In this document: positions 36,017-47,370 of the stretch, in pieces
Layout: every line of letters begins with the position of its first letter
How positions within the stretch are numbered: position 1 is the stretch's first letter
Origin: Callorhinchus milii
Lineage: Eukaryota
Reading direction: 5' to 3'
Length of the DNA: 64,000 nt
Assembly (NCBI RefSeq): GCF_018977255.1
Contig: NW_024704743.1
Span: forward strand, 68,822,001 to 68,886,000
The notes under the pieces: generated by a model
The model's input: the letters and a program-made list of their open reading frames with translations, nothing else
What the model was told of the DNA's origin: nothing
Database searches by the model: none
Program-made: the position numbers and the translations under genes

Positions 36017-37074
36017 AAAGACACAGTTCTTGGAGACCCAGCATAAGCAGTGACCGAAAGGTTCTATAATTCTATGACTCGTCCAAGCCATTTAAAACTA
36101 CTTTCAGCAAGTTTGGATGTTTTTGATTGAAATTAATAGTTTGAGTGCTGTGAGAGCAATCCAGTCACACATTAGCCATTTATAGTTTCATTTTTACTAA
36201 CAGGTTTCCTCATCTGACAACCAGTCTATTCTACTTGGTTCTTCTTTTGTTTCCAGATTGTCCCAGTAGTGTTGAAATGTGCTGACTATCACCTCAGAGT
36301 GCCTTGGTTATTTCAAACAGCAATCAAATGTTTCAGAAGGTTTGATAGTTAAATGCTTAAAAGTAGCTTTGCTGGACGGGCTGAGGTTAGCTTCTGATTA
36401 CATTTCATATTTTTCTGGGAAGATGTTCACTCCGCTGAGGCAATGAGCAATCGGGTCCTTTAGCATAGAGGTAAGAACAATGGACCACAGAAAGAAAAGG
36501 CTGCAGCCTCAGGCACCTGCCTATATCAAGGGTGAGAAACAAGCAGGCTGTGGGAGGCTGCCCAGAAAATGTCCATATCTCTCTGTGCAAAGCAGCCTGC
36601 GAAGGGTGAGAGCTATCTCTGTGACCAGGGGAGGTGGAGTTAGAAACACATAAAAGGAAGTAACTTTGCAATATTTGGAGTTGTGTAGAGGGTCAGCACA
36701 CTTCCCAGTGGAATCAATAGAGATTCTACTGTATCTATGTATATGTACAAGGGTGAGGGAATTTACCTCCAGTAAGAAAATGACCATTAAAAGTGAAAGA
36801 GGAGGAGCAGTGGGTAATATGTTTTCAGTTCTGTCTGCTAGGCATAGAAATAATAACAGTAGTAGTGGTTGGGCCATTTGAAACACAAAACTCAGGTTAG
36901 GCGGCACGTGTGAGGTGCTGGGCTAAGAGCTGATTGTTTCTGTTGGGTTTCCAGGAGCCACTCTGTGATTCTGTGTGATAGTTCTGTGATCTCTCCACTG
37001 TATATCAACAACAATAATAATAATAATCCTTGCATTTGATAATAGTGCTTTTCACGTCTTCTAGATGTCTCAAA

Positions 37075-37298
37075 GTATCAAGGTACGTGTTGTCGTCTCT
37101 ATGTCGTCAGTACTAAGGGCTGTAAGGTACTGTGAGGATCAGCTATATCTGAGGGGCGATTCCAGAGGCTGAAATCTGTACCGGTGCCGGTTAAAAGATA
37201 GTACTGGGGATTGCCTGTCTTCCGAAGTTTTGTGTTACCGAATCAGTTGTCAATAATCAATAAATTCTATACTCTTACCACCACCTGTTGCATCATCA
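37075..37298 (+). mobile_element. Possible LTR fragment
   Basis: CpG-retaining non-coding block between SINE pieces with AATAAA ~35 nt before a ..CATCATCA end; no PBS or PPT seen. Confidence 0.3.
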
Positions 37299-38067
37299 GA
37301 GGTGCCGTTCTTTGGATGAGACATTAAACCGAGGTCCCATCTGCCTGTTTAGCTAGATAGACACTGAAGATCTCATGGGCTTTCAAAAACTATTCAAAAA
37401 GGGAAGCAAGAAATCCCCCAAATAAAATTGGTCACTCACTCCATAACTCATTGTGGGACATTGCTATGTGCAACTTGCTGCCACATTTCGCCCACACAAT
37501 AAATACACAGTCAATCCACTTTACAATATATCTTGTAATACACTTTGAGACGTCTCAACGACATGATAAGGCACTATATCAAATGCAAGGATTATTATTA
37601 TAATAATCTTATGATCTTTTGTTCTGTTGGGCTGTGCTTTCACAAACCCCAGCAAAACATAATAATAATAATAATCTTGCAATTGATATAGTGCCTTCTT
37701 ATTCTTATTACAAAGCAAAATCAAACAAAAATCCAAATCAATTTCAAATGTGAAGGGAGTTTCTCCCAGTGTCCTGGCCAACAGTCACCCAGATAAAATT
37801 GGTCATTCACTTCATAGCTGTATGTAGGACAGTGCTGTGCACATATTCATGGCTGCAATACATGTTCATCTACAAAATACAGTCACTACCCAGTGAAGCA
37901 ACGGGGTGTTGTTGTTGCATTACATAAATTACAGAAGTAAAATTATATAAAATAAAATTATGTAATAGTATACAATGGGGGGGGCAATTTAAAAAGATTG
38001 CAACCGTTGCATTATCCTAAATTCCTAGAATGAACTCACTCAACACTGCAACAAGATGCTCACTCAC

Positions 38068-38111
38068 CCTCTGCTGTGCTGCAGCGCCTCAACCCATCCA
38101 CTGAGTGACAT
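38068..38111 (-). CDS. BLVRA: Probable BLVRA first exon (5' UTR or optional N-terminal coding segment)
   Basis: Strong donor AGG|GTGAGT at the edge of the CpG island. ATG at 38111 gives MSLSGWVEALQHSR(G), in frame with the exon starting at 30826. Confidence 0.55.
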
Positions 38112-38130
38112 AACAGCTCCACACCCCCAC

Positions 38131-38310
38131 CCCCCGGCACGTGATCAGGGCCGGACCAGCGGGTCCACTTGATGCCGCGCGGCCGCCATTACTGTGCCGC
38201 CGCCTCGCGGTCCCTCCCCCCCCCCGGCACGTGATCAGGGCCGGACCAGCGGGTCCACTTGATGCCGCGCGGCCGCCATTACTGTGCCGCCGCCTCGCGG
38301 TCCCTCCCCC
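38131..38310. repeat. Perfect 2 x 90-bp tandem duplication
   Basis: 38131-38220 is identical to 38221-38310. Confidence 0.97.
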
Positions 38311-38337
38311 CGGCACCAACCGTCAACCCGAGGCCGG

Positions 38338-38427
38338 GCACCGGGAGAGAGGGGCCGAGCACCGGGAGAGAGGGGCCGAGGCACCGGGAGAGAGGGGCCG
38401 AGGCACCGGGAGAGAGGGGCCGAGGCA
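38338..38427. repeat. 21/22-bp minisatellite x4 (GCACCGGGAGAGAGGGGCCGAG)
   Basis: Four units read directly from the sequence. Confidence 0.97.
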
Positions 38428-38789
38428 GGTGGAGGCTTCACTGAGACGACTTGACCTTTCATCCTTTACTGAAATGATCAGAATGACGCTCCGCCCTCTT
38501 CACATGTCAGAGCAGCAGCTCTGATGGTCATAACACAGTGAGTGAGTGTGTGAGTGTGTGACAGCCCACATGTTGGTTGGTAATAACACAGTGAGTGTGT
38601 GTGTGTGTGTGTGGACACCTCCCTCCTGGCTCAGCCACTAGCACTCTGGCCTCTCGGTCACCAGGGCTGTGGCTTCACACCTGCCGTGGGCGGTACTCTG
38701 AGCCCACAGTCCAGGCTGACACTCTATTGCAGTGTTGGGGGAGCGCTCGGTCAGATGAGTTGTTGAACAAGATACCGTCTCTTGTGTGT

Positions 38790-39050
38790 TCAGGTGGTCC
38801 ACCTCCTCCAAGTAGGACCACCGTATCCGTTAGGGCTTTGGATTGCAGGGTTAACAGGAGCTGGGTTTGATGCCTCCCCGCCCCCCTGACTGGTCTGCCG
38901 ATGAGCCGGGCTGGTTGTGCTGTCATCAGCAGTGCCCTGGAATGACTGACTCAGGACCCGGACTACCGAGCCCGGCAATTTTAGGAGTCAGCCTGGTGTT
39001 TGACACGTGCAGAAACCCATTGTTATTGTTGAGTATCCAAACCATACCGG
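38790..39050 (-). repeat. Unclassified repeat, copy spanning a tail-to-head junction
   Basis: Minus strand: GGTTTGGATACTC..ATGGGTTTCTGCACGTGTCAAACACCAGGCTGAC-TCCTAAAA then ..CCAGGGCACTGCTGATGACAGCAC..TTAACCCTGCAATCCAAAGCCCTAACGG. Confidence 0.75.
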
Positions 39051-39282
39051 GTTGATTTTGTGCGGGCTGACCGTGTCCCCCTCAACACCTTGCTCACGGT
39101 CTCTGCGTGCGTGTTTTCGCTGCCGCTCCAACCCGAGCTGTGCCCTTCTGAAAAGGCTCCCCTTTCTACTCCGCACACTTTGCTACTCCTAATCAGTCCT
39201 TCTCTCCCACCGCCCTCCTCGCCTTCTCTCTCCTGGGCCCCAGTAGGGTTGATATTCTGGAAGGACCAGGATGAAGCTTATT

Positions 39283-39675
39283 TGACCAGTCACTGGGTGC
39301 AGGGAGTCATCCCACTCAGCTGTTAACTCTGCAAACCAAAGCCCTAATGGGTAGGATGGTCTAAGTTGGACAAGCAGCAGGAAACTTGCCAGACAGCGAT
39401 ATTAATGGCAAGCTATGAGGTTTTAGCTGGTTAGACCCAACTCACACTCTGTAGTCCCCAAACCTTGGCTCTTGCTAACCTATACCTAATACGATCCAGG
39501 ATTAAATAATCAGGATGTGTCCCTCCAGGGAGAGTGTGTGCATTCCATTCCAACAATCTATCTCTGGGATTTCCATGTGTATTTGGGATGTATGGAACTC
39601 TCAGTTTGGTTTGGATACTCTTAAGCATGGAGATGGGTTTCCTCATGTGTCAGACACCCGGCTGACCAAAACAAA
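39283..39675 (+). repeat. Unclassified repeat, longest uninterrupted copy (middle + 3' end)
   Basis: Aligns by eye with 30140, 52190, 58780 and 60100; ends GTGTCAGACACCCGGCTGACCAAAACAAA. Confidence 0.85.
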
Positions 39676-41450
39676 TTGATCTCTTGTGATTGTCTGCTAG
39701 ATTTCTGGGAAAGTTACAACTTTTGTCCATTTGTTCCATTCACTGTAATCAATATCATGGTCTCTTCAATGTAGACACCAACAACAACAACAACAAGATT
39801 CCATTTATAAAGCGCCTTTCACGTCAGGAGGACGTCCCAAGGCGCTGCACAGTTGGGTCATGACCCGAGCAGGGGGGAAATGGTCAGGGTGAGGGGAGGG
39901 AAGGGAGGGAGCGAGGAGGGGGAAGAGAGTCGAGAGGGGAGCTGAAGGCATATAGACACGCTCACAAATGACTGGAATCTTTTGAATTGGCTAAAGATGA
40001 CACAGGCAACATAATTTAGGCAAGTTAGGTCATTATGTGGTTTTCTTTACCAAATACTTTTCCTTAAAGCTTCTAGATCCCCTTTTTAAATGTACTTTTT
40101 GAGAAGGTTTAGCTTTTCATATAAATTCTTATTCAGTCAGAGTGATGGCAGATAACTTCATTGCATGTTACTTCACTGTATAACCAACATTTTGGAGATC
40201 TCTTGCTGCAGTGTGGTAGGCCTGAGCCTGCTTTGTTTAAGTCTGCAAACTGCAGTATTTACAGGCAGACATACTGACTATACTCAATGAATGGGAACTG
40301 GTATAATTCTTGTAACAGTACAAATAAAAATATACATTTATATCCCTTTCATATCGGGAGGATGCCCCAAGGCGCTGGACAGTCCAGGATTTGCAACCAA
40401 GTCCAGGGTTTGAAAAAACAGGACAACTGAAGAGTTCCAGGAGAACAGCGTGGTAGAGAATGTAATCCTTACTCAATAGTAGCCAAGACTAACTTCATAT
40501 TATTTTCAGCACCTTGCTTCTGAGGTACAAGACACTAATCCACTGTTCCACCAGGAGTACTGTGCCAGAGTTGCTTGTCGAACAATATTCCATTATACAA
40601 CAGTAGATGTGGCACTGTTTTCACTAAAGGAGTTGTTTGGATGAGGTGCGGTTAGCAGCAGAGAGCATTGGTATTCTATCACAGCAACGTGAAAAAACAG
40701 GCTAGATTTTTTTTAGATTGCCTCCACCTTATTAATACTGTACAGTTCTTCCATATTTTCAATTTTGTGAATACACACTCTTATCCAGGAATTGGTATCC
40801 ACCTTGATTGGTATGCAGAGAGCTATGGTTTGCAGACAGCAGGCAGCTACTGCTCAAGATACACATTTCCAACTAATGGAACCATCGTTCAATGGGTGAA
40901 TGGGGTCTCCTTGTGGCTGAATACAGTCAACTCTCCAAAGAGGTCTTGGTAGTGGAATTTTTTGGAATTCATGAGGGGTGTCCAAGGCAAGGTTTGATGG
41001 CAGAACAGCCAGCCTGGCTTGTCAGCAGGACTTGGAGGTGGCAGACTAGCTACTGGGGGTAGGAATGTGCAGTATTCTTCAAGGCTGAATCCCAGTTCTC
41101 TCCTTTTTCTTTTACACATATTCCCACTGGGTCCCATATGGGGTCCATTTCCATATATTCCACTTCCCCCGCTCAGCTATCAGTGCCTACTACATGCCCC
41201 CTTCCTGATCCACCCCACCATCAGTGAATGGTCTTTCAGCAATTCTGTCCCCACTCTCAGGAATTCCATTCTGTCCCCAGTCTCAGGAATTCCATCCTGG
41301 AGTCCCTCTGCCTCACCTCCCCAACTTAACACAAAAAGGACTAGGTTCAGTCCAAAGATAGATACTTAAATCTCAGACTATTGGTAGCTCTTCCTTTCAT
41401 TTTCAATATTTAGGGGTAGGAAAATGACAATACATTTCATAACAATACAA

Positions 41451-41726
41451 TCCTGTAGCTCAGTGGTTAGAGCACTCTCCTTGCAAGCAAGACATCTGGC
41501 AGGGGGAAACCTTGAGCAACCTTCCTTACTCCACACGCCTAATAATAATCCCTCCCAAAAAAAAAAATTGGTCTTTTCAATCCACGTTGTTATACTGCTG
41601 TGTGCAATTGGCTGCTGAGTTTCGCCCATAAATATAGTCAATTCACTTTACAGCATATTCTGTGAAGCACTTTGAGACGTTGAGAAGACGTGAAAAACGC
41701 TATATCAAATGCAAGGATTATTATTA
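41451..41726 (+). mobile_element. tRNA-derived SINE
   Basis: A box, family body and (ATT)n tail; B box partly deleted. Confidence 0.88.
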
Positions 41727-41774
41727 ATACCCATTGTTTGCCTCCAAAATACGGTCACTCACTGTACTTTATAA

Positions 41775-42927
41775 TAACAACAACAAAATTGCATTTATAG
41801 AGCGCCTTTCACGTCAGGAGGACGTCCCAAAGCACTGAACAGTCAGATGTCGGGGCCCGAGAAAGGGGGAGGGGCAGTGTAGAGGTGAGGGAAGGCGGAG
41901 AGGTGGGAGGGAGACCAAAGGCACGGTCGAAGAGAAGGGTCTTGAGACCAGCCTTGAAGGAGGTAAGGGAGGAAGTGAGGCGAAGGGACCGTGGGATGAA
42001 GTTCCAGAGTGTGGGGGCAGAGAGGCTGAAAGCCCGGCCACCGATGGTAGGGCAGGTCGGGCGGGAGTCATAGAGCAGCCTGGAGCCTGATGAACAGAGG
42101 GAGCGGGCAGGTTGATAGAGAGTCAGCAGGGCAGAGAGGTAGGAGGGGGCAAGGCTATGGATGGCCTTAAATGTGAGGACGAGGATCTTGAACTCAATCC
42201 TCTGGGGGATGGGGAGCCAGTGGAGTCGGGCGAGGATGGGAGTGATGGGGTCACGGAGCCTGGTGCGTGAGTGTACACGAGCTGCAGATTCTTGGATGAT
42301 CTGCAGCTTGTGAAGGGAAGAGTTGGGAACGCCTATGAGGAGGGAGTTCCCGTAATCCAGCCTTGAGGTGATGAATGCGTGGGTGAGGGTTTCGGCAGCC
42401 TGAGGGGTGAGGCAGTGGCGGAGTCTGGCAATGTTGCGGCAGTGGTGGTAGGCAGTGCCGGTCATGGCGCGGATGTGGGGGAGAAAGGACAGTTCAGGGT
42501 CAAACAAGACACCCTGGTTCCTGACTGGCTTAGTGAGGTTGAGTGTGCAGCCGTGGAGGCTGATGCTGTCAGCGCCTGAGGTGTGGAGGCACTGGCGTGA
42601 GCCAATAAGGAGGGCCTCGGTCTTGCTGACATTGAGTTGGAGAAAGTTGTCCCTCGTCCAGGACTTGATGTCGGACAGACAGTCGGTCAGGACACCAGCA
42701 GTCCTGGAGTTGAGGATGGAGGCAGAGAGGTAGAGTTGGGTGTCATCTGCATATGTGTGGAAATTTACCCCATGTCTGCGGATGATGTGACCGAGAGGGA
42801 GCACGTAGAGAGTGAAGAGGAGGGTCCGAGGACAGAGCCCTGAGGAACACTGCACGAGATGGTACAGGGGCTGGAGGAAAAGCCATTTGCCGCGACGAAG
42901 TGGAGGTGGTGTGAAAGGTAGGACCTG
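41775..42927 (-). mobile_element. L2 LINE, 5'-truncated ~1.15 kb, long open RT C-terminal frame
   Basis: ORF 41809-42855 (348 aa) [50 protein letters not shown]. Confidence 0.96.
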
Positions 42928-43559
42928 CTACTGTCGTTGAGATGACTCAAAGCGCTTCACAGAATATACTGTTGTAAAGTGAATTGACTGTATATCTTGT
43001 GGGCGAAACCTGGCAGCCCGATAAGATGATCCAGGTAATATTCATTTCATGTTCATTTCACACAATACTATTTGTTGGATACTGCTGTGCACAATTGTCT
43101 GCCTCGTTTTGCTGACAAATTACAGACACTCCACTTTATCATGTATCCTGTGAAGTGCTTTGAGATGTCTCAACAACATGATAAGGTGTTATATCAAATG
43201 CAAGGATTATTATTATTTACCTCAACTGTTAGTAACTTTTTAAAAACATTTCCATTACTGGACTACATTGCACTGTTAGCGATTGGCATTCAATGCTGTG
43301 CTGTGAAATCGTCCACCGTGATGTGGTAAATATATTGTGCAATAGTTGTTGCCAGTCATTACCTGCAGATGTCACTGTTTAACCTATATCTCAAATGTTT
43401 GATGGAAGTGGCAAGTCCACGACTTCTGCAACAGTCTCAGCAGTTAATTCACAACTACACAATCGCATCCACTAAGAACTATTGAGTATTGAGTAATTAT
43501 CCTTGCCAGAGGTATTCAATAATTATTAATTCAACTCTCTCATTAGATTCCTGTAGTTT

Positions 43560-43815
43560 CCCCTGTCTCCTATTCCTGTGGATGGTTCCCTACTTACTTT
43601 GCTCCCTAACTTATCTACTTGTGAGGTGACCGCCTCTCAAAGCATTTTAGGAACCTTTCCATTTCACATGTGTGACAGAGTGTCACCACCTGCCCTTCAA
43701 GATAGACATTTTAAGTTTGAGGGAAAGCAGCTAGAGACCACGCCTTGGACATAATAAGCATCTCAAGAGCTCCCACACTGTGCAGGTTCAACACAACAAA
43801 GACATCAGCCATTCT
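43560..43815 (-). mobile_element. Degenerate CR1 ORF1 remnant
   Basis: Minus strand resembles a CR1 ORF1 start: Cys-rich segment before ..WE, LQLLSLKL-like zipper, GAGGCGGTCACC (EAVT). Frameshifted. Confidence 0.45.
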
Positions 43816-45294
43816 GCAATACTCAATAAATTAGCCTGAAATAAAAATCCACGAAAGCTTCATAGTGAACCAGAGTAGAAACCCCAAAATCATTCTGTTG
43901 CCTCTTGAAGTTTTTAAATATATGGTCTGTGATGTCCTAACTCTGGGCCAATCACTAAACTGTTGAAGTCCACTCTGCTAATACTAACATTGGGAGCCTG
44001 TTGGGAATGGCCCAGGGCTTCTAACGCTTTTCACATCCTGATTGGGTTCTTATTACTTTCGAGAAGGATCTAAACTGTTCGGTTACCCAGAACTTGCAGA
44101 TATGGGTTCAGGCCCAGGTTGGACTGGGCAGAGGGCACATCTTACTACAGACTAAAGTGCAGTTCTACAAACGTATCATGGTAGTGTGATGTTACGAATG
44201 ATATAATTTGCATTTGAAGGTTTAATGCTTTGTTGGAATAAAATAATTATCCATCATTCGTATAAAGGTGTCAAGGGTTTAAAAAGAATACCAGATTTGG
44301 ATCCTGACCCTGATCTAATCCAATGACATGGATTCCTATATGGGTGGCCAGGTCACAATTGCACAGAAAAGTTCAAAATTTTAACTCTTATCATAGCATA
44401 GTGTACACCAATGTACACAATATTGTATCCTGAATACACAGTGTATTAATGCTCCAGCAATGATAATCATACAGTAGCTGTTACCATACACCGCCTTCAA
44501 GGGGCACTGCAGCTATAGGGTGAGTGTAACATGTCAACTTGTATTGTGCCTCAGCGTGATAGGACGAGGCCTGGATTCTGGATTCCACCACCTGTCGGGG
44601 ATCCAGTCATGATCGTACCATCAGGTGAAACTGCTGAGCAGACATTAAGTACTTTGCACAAATCAGATACTGTATCACATGCCTATTAACATTTAACAAT
44701 GAAAATCAGTATTAATTATCAGTGTGTGGTAGAGCTAACAGTGATGGGAGAATTTTTGGAAGGTTGAGATGAAAATGGCTGTCTTCTCAAGAACAATCAT
44801 TTCATGCGATCCTCAGTTGTTTGTATCATCTAGTGTTTGGCTGCAAGCAGGATTTGAAGTAACATAGTGGATGTGGAAAAAGGTCTGTGTTAAAACATTT
44901 ATTTATCAAGTATAATAAACCTTGCCTTTGATATAGCACCTTATCACATCTTTGAGACATCTCAAAGCGCTTCACAGAATATACTGTAAAGTGATTTGAC
45001 TGTATATTTTGTGGGTGAAAGTATATACTTAATGTAGAGCAATGATATCTGGGTGGATTCATTACTTCAAGGCCCTATAGTCAATTCTTTATATAATGAC
45101 CTTTAAATTAATATTTTAAAAATGTTAAATTAATTTACGATGACCTCATGCTTCCTTGGAAACATACCACTTAGCACCTGTTTCACGTTCCTCACCATCG
45201 GCAGCACAAAGAAAATTTGTGTTTCTCTGATAATAGGATTAAGAGATCTTGATAGGCTAATTGACTTTTTGTTCTATGTTCATAAAATGTTCTC

Positions 45295-45750
45295 TGTCAT
45301 AGAAATTTACAGTGCAGAAGAAGCCCATTCAGCCCATTGAGTCTGCACTGACTCTCAGAGCAAGCTGTTCATTCAGTGCCATTGTCTCGCCCTATCCTGT
45401 TACTTCTTCCATCCTTTATCTTTCATGTACTTTTCTACTTTCTTCTTGAAGCCCACAAGGGACTCTGGCTCTACCACCTTTCTTGGCAGGGAATTCCTTA
45501 TCCCAACAACTTTGTGTGGAATAAAAACTCCTAAATTCAACTTTCGCTCCCATGACTAGCTTATGTCTTCTAGTTACTCCCCTACCTTTCCCTATTTACC
45601 GTCAAACCCCTCATAATTTAGTATATTATTTGTTATATCCTTTCTCAATCTTCTCTGCTTCAATGAAAACAGTCCTAACTTCTCCTCATAACTATAGACC
45701 CTTTGAATCTTGTAAATCTCCTTTGCACCCCATCCAAAGCTCCTTCTAGA
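45295..45750 (-). mobile_element. Old CR1 3' fragment
   Basis: CATAGAAATTTACAGTGCAGAAGAAGCCCATTCAGCCC tail, followed by decayed ORF2 antisense. Confidence 0.7.
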
Positions 45751-47224
45751 CTATGTTCTCTTTATGATGAGGAATGCATTCCAAAAGGCAGGTTTCCATT
45801 TTGGGCAACTAGTGTCAGGATCAAACTTTCTGAGATCAAGTATGGTCCAGCATTATACCTAGTTCACCGCTTTGGGACATCCTCCCGACTTGAAAGGCAC
45901 TCTATAAATGTAATTTTGTTGTTTTTTTACAATTAATGGGGACTGTTTTAGAGAGGAATGGACTTTGTGTGAGACATGATCAGGTTTAGAAATAGCCATA
46001 TATTTTGAGGCACTGACCTTCACATTTAAAAAAGCAGCGAAACACGAATAAGGCCACATTGCAGCAGAGTGTAACCCAGGAATTCTGGTGCTAACTACCC
46101 TGAGTAGCGCTTCTGGATAATACAACGTTTCATGAGAGAGTGTGGAGTGTTCATGTTCAGAGTTGCAGCTGATGGTGAAGCTTGTGATAGAACTTTATTT
46201 TGCCACTTCTAGTCAACTGTCTTAACTTTTAATATTCATTGAACTGTATGTCACCTTTACTCACCCCACCTGGATTTTGTTCTAAACAGATATTTCTGTC
46301 AATTCTGTGGTTGACACCCCATATACATTTGAGGGGATGTGGAACAGCTCAGATTAACTGAAGACTACACAGCCCAGTTTTGAAATTCTCATTTCTTACT
46401 TTTTGATAGTGTTATGGAATTTAATTGTTCTTGCCAACTTCCTGTTCTTGGGTGTGTTGTTGCTTAACTCATATTTAAATACTGTATTACTTTCAACCAG
46501 GAAGGGGCTGTTCTGTCATTTTGGAAAAGGTATCTTTTCTGAACCCGCCCATGTTAAATACAAAGGATCACTTGTTAGGGTTACAGATAACAGATGCTTC
46601 GGAATGTAGTTGTGATGTGAGTGGACTTCATTCTGTATGTTATGCTTTGAATTTGTTGGGAGTGTCTTAGCAGTTCACTGGAATTAATGTTTCAGATTAA
46701 TTGCATGACCTGATGCTGGACAGAAAGAGTAGTGATTAAATTAACATGATAGCTACTATTATTGCTTTTAGGTATAAGAATGTTCATTGTTAAAATCTGT
46801 GAAATGTTTTGAGTATTTGAAATTGCAGTTTTGGGCTTGGTTAAGAATCCATCTTTGATTCTAAATTTTCTCCAATTTTTTTAAAAATAGAGGGTGTAAG
46901 AGGTCTGTAATGATGGCTTGTAGTAATATAAAATCCCTCTCCACATTTAATGCCCAACTTAAACCTTTCCTTATAATTGGGCTTTAGATCACATTTCCTC
47001 TTCACCTTCCTCAGCTCCCCCCACCCAGTGTACACACACACTACCTCCTTGGCCTCTTCTTAATTATGTGCCAAATGTGCCAAATGCATAATGTGAGTTG
47101 GTACTCTCTCCACTCATTCCTTTTGTCCTACCAGACAGTACCATGGATATTCTAAATAGGACAGCTGAGATTACAGCTTTCGTATGAAAGAAATAGAGGA
47201 TTAACCCATGGAATCTTACACCTT

Positions 47225-47370
47225 AGTGTACCCATACACTACTCACTAAACCAGTCCTCCTCCAATATACCCGTACACCACCTCACAGAACCATGTCTTC
47301 TCCAATTTATCCATACAGTACTTCACCACTTAGCCACTGAGTCAGTCTACCATCAGTGCATCCATACACA
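47225..47370. repeat. Degenerate ~40-bp minisatellite (3-4 units)
   Basis: Recurring A(G/A)T(G/A/T)TA(C/T)CC(A/G)TACA..CTCAC..CCA..CTCC units. Confidence 0.6.

Larger units (their letters stand above)
38120..38430. promoter_or_regulatory. CpG island promoter of BLVRA (possibly bidirectional)
   Basis: Densest CpG cluster in the window; E-boxes CACGTG, YY1-like GCCGCCATT, C-runs; directly upstream of the exon-1 donor. Confidence 0.85.

Noticed and set aside
36767..36837. Possible cassette exon in BLVRA intron 1 (TAG/CAG acceptor, GAG|GTAAAT donor)
   Set aside because: Length 68 or 71 nt, no homology and only moderate splice sites; unsupported without transcripts.
38338..38427. CRISPR-like array
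   Set aside because: Head-to-tail units without unique spacers, in a vertebrate genome.
38089..38524. ORFs of 75-127 aa across the CpG island
   Set aside because: Produced by the 90-bp duplication and the 22-bp minisatellite.
39283..39675. Telomerase RNA, 7SK or box C/D snoRNA origin for the unclassified repeat
   Set aside because: TTAACCCTG/GCCCTAAC is not a CTAACCCTAA template, there is no recognisable 7SK sequence, and TGATGA/CTGA alone are too short to support a snoRNA call.
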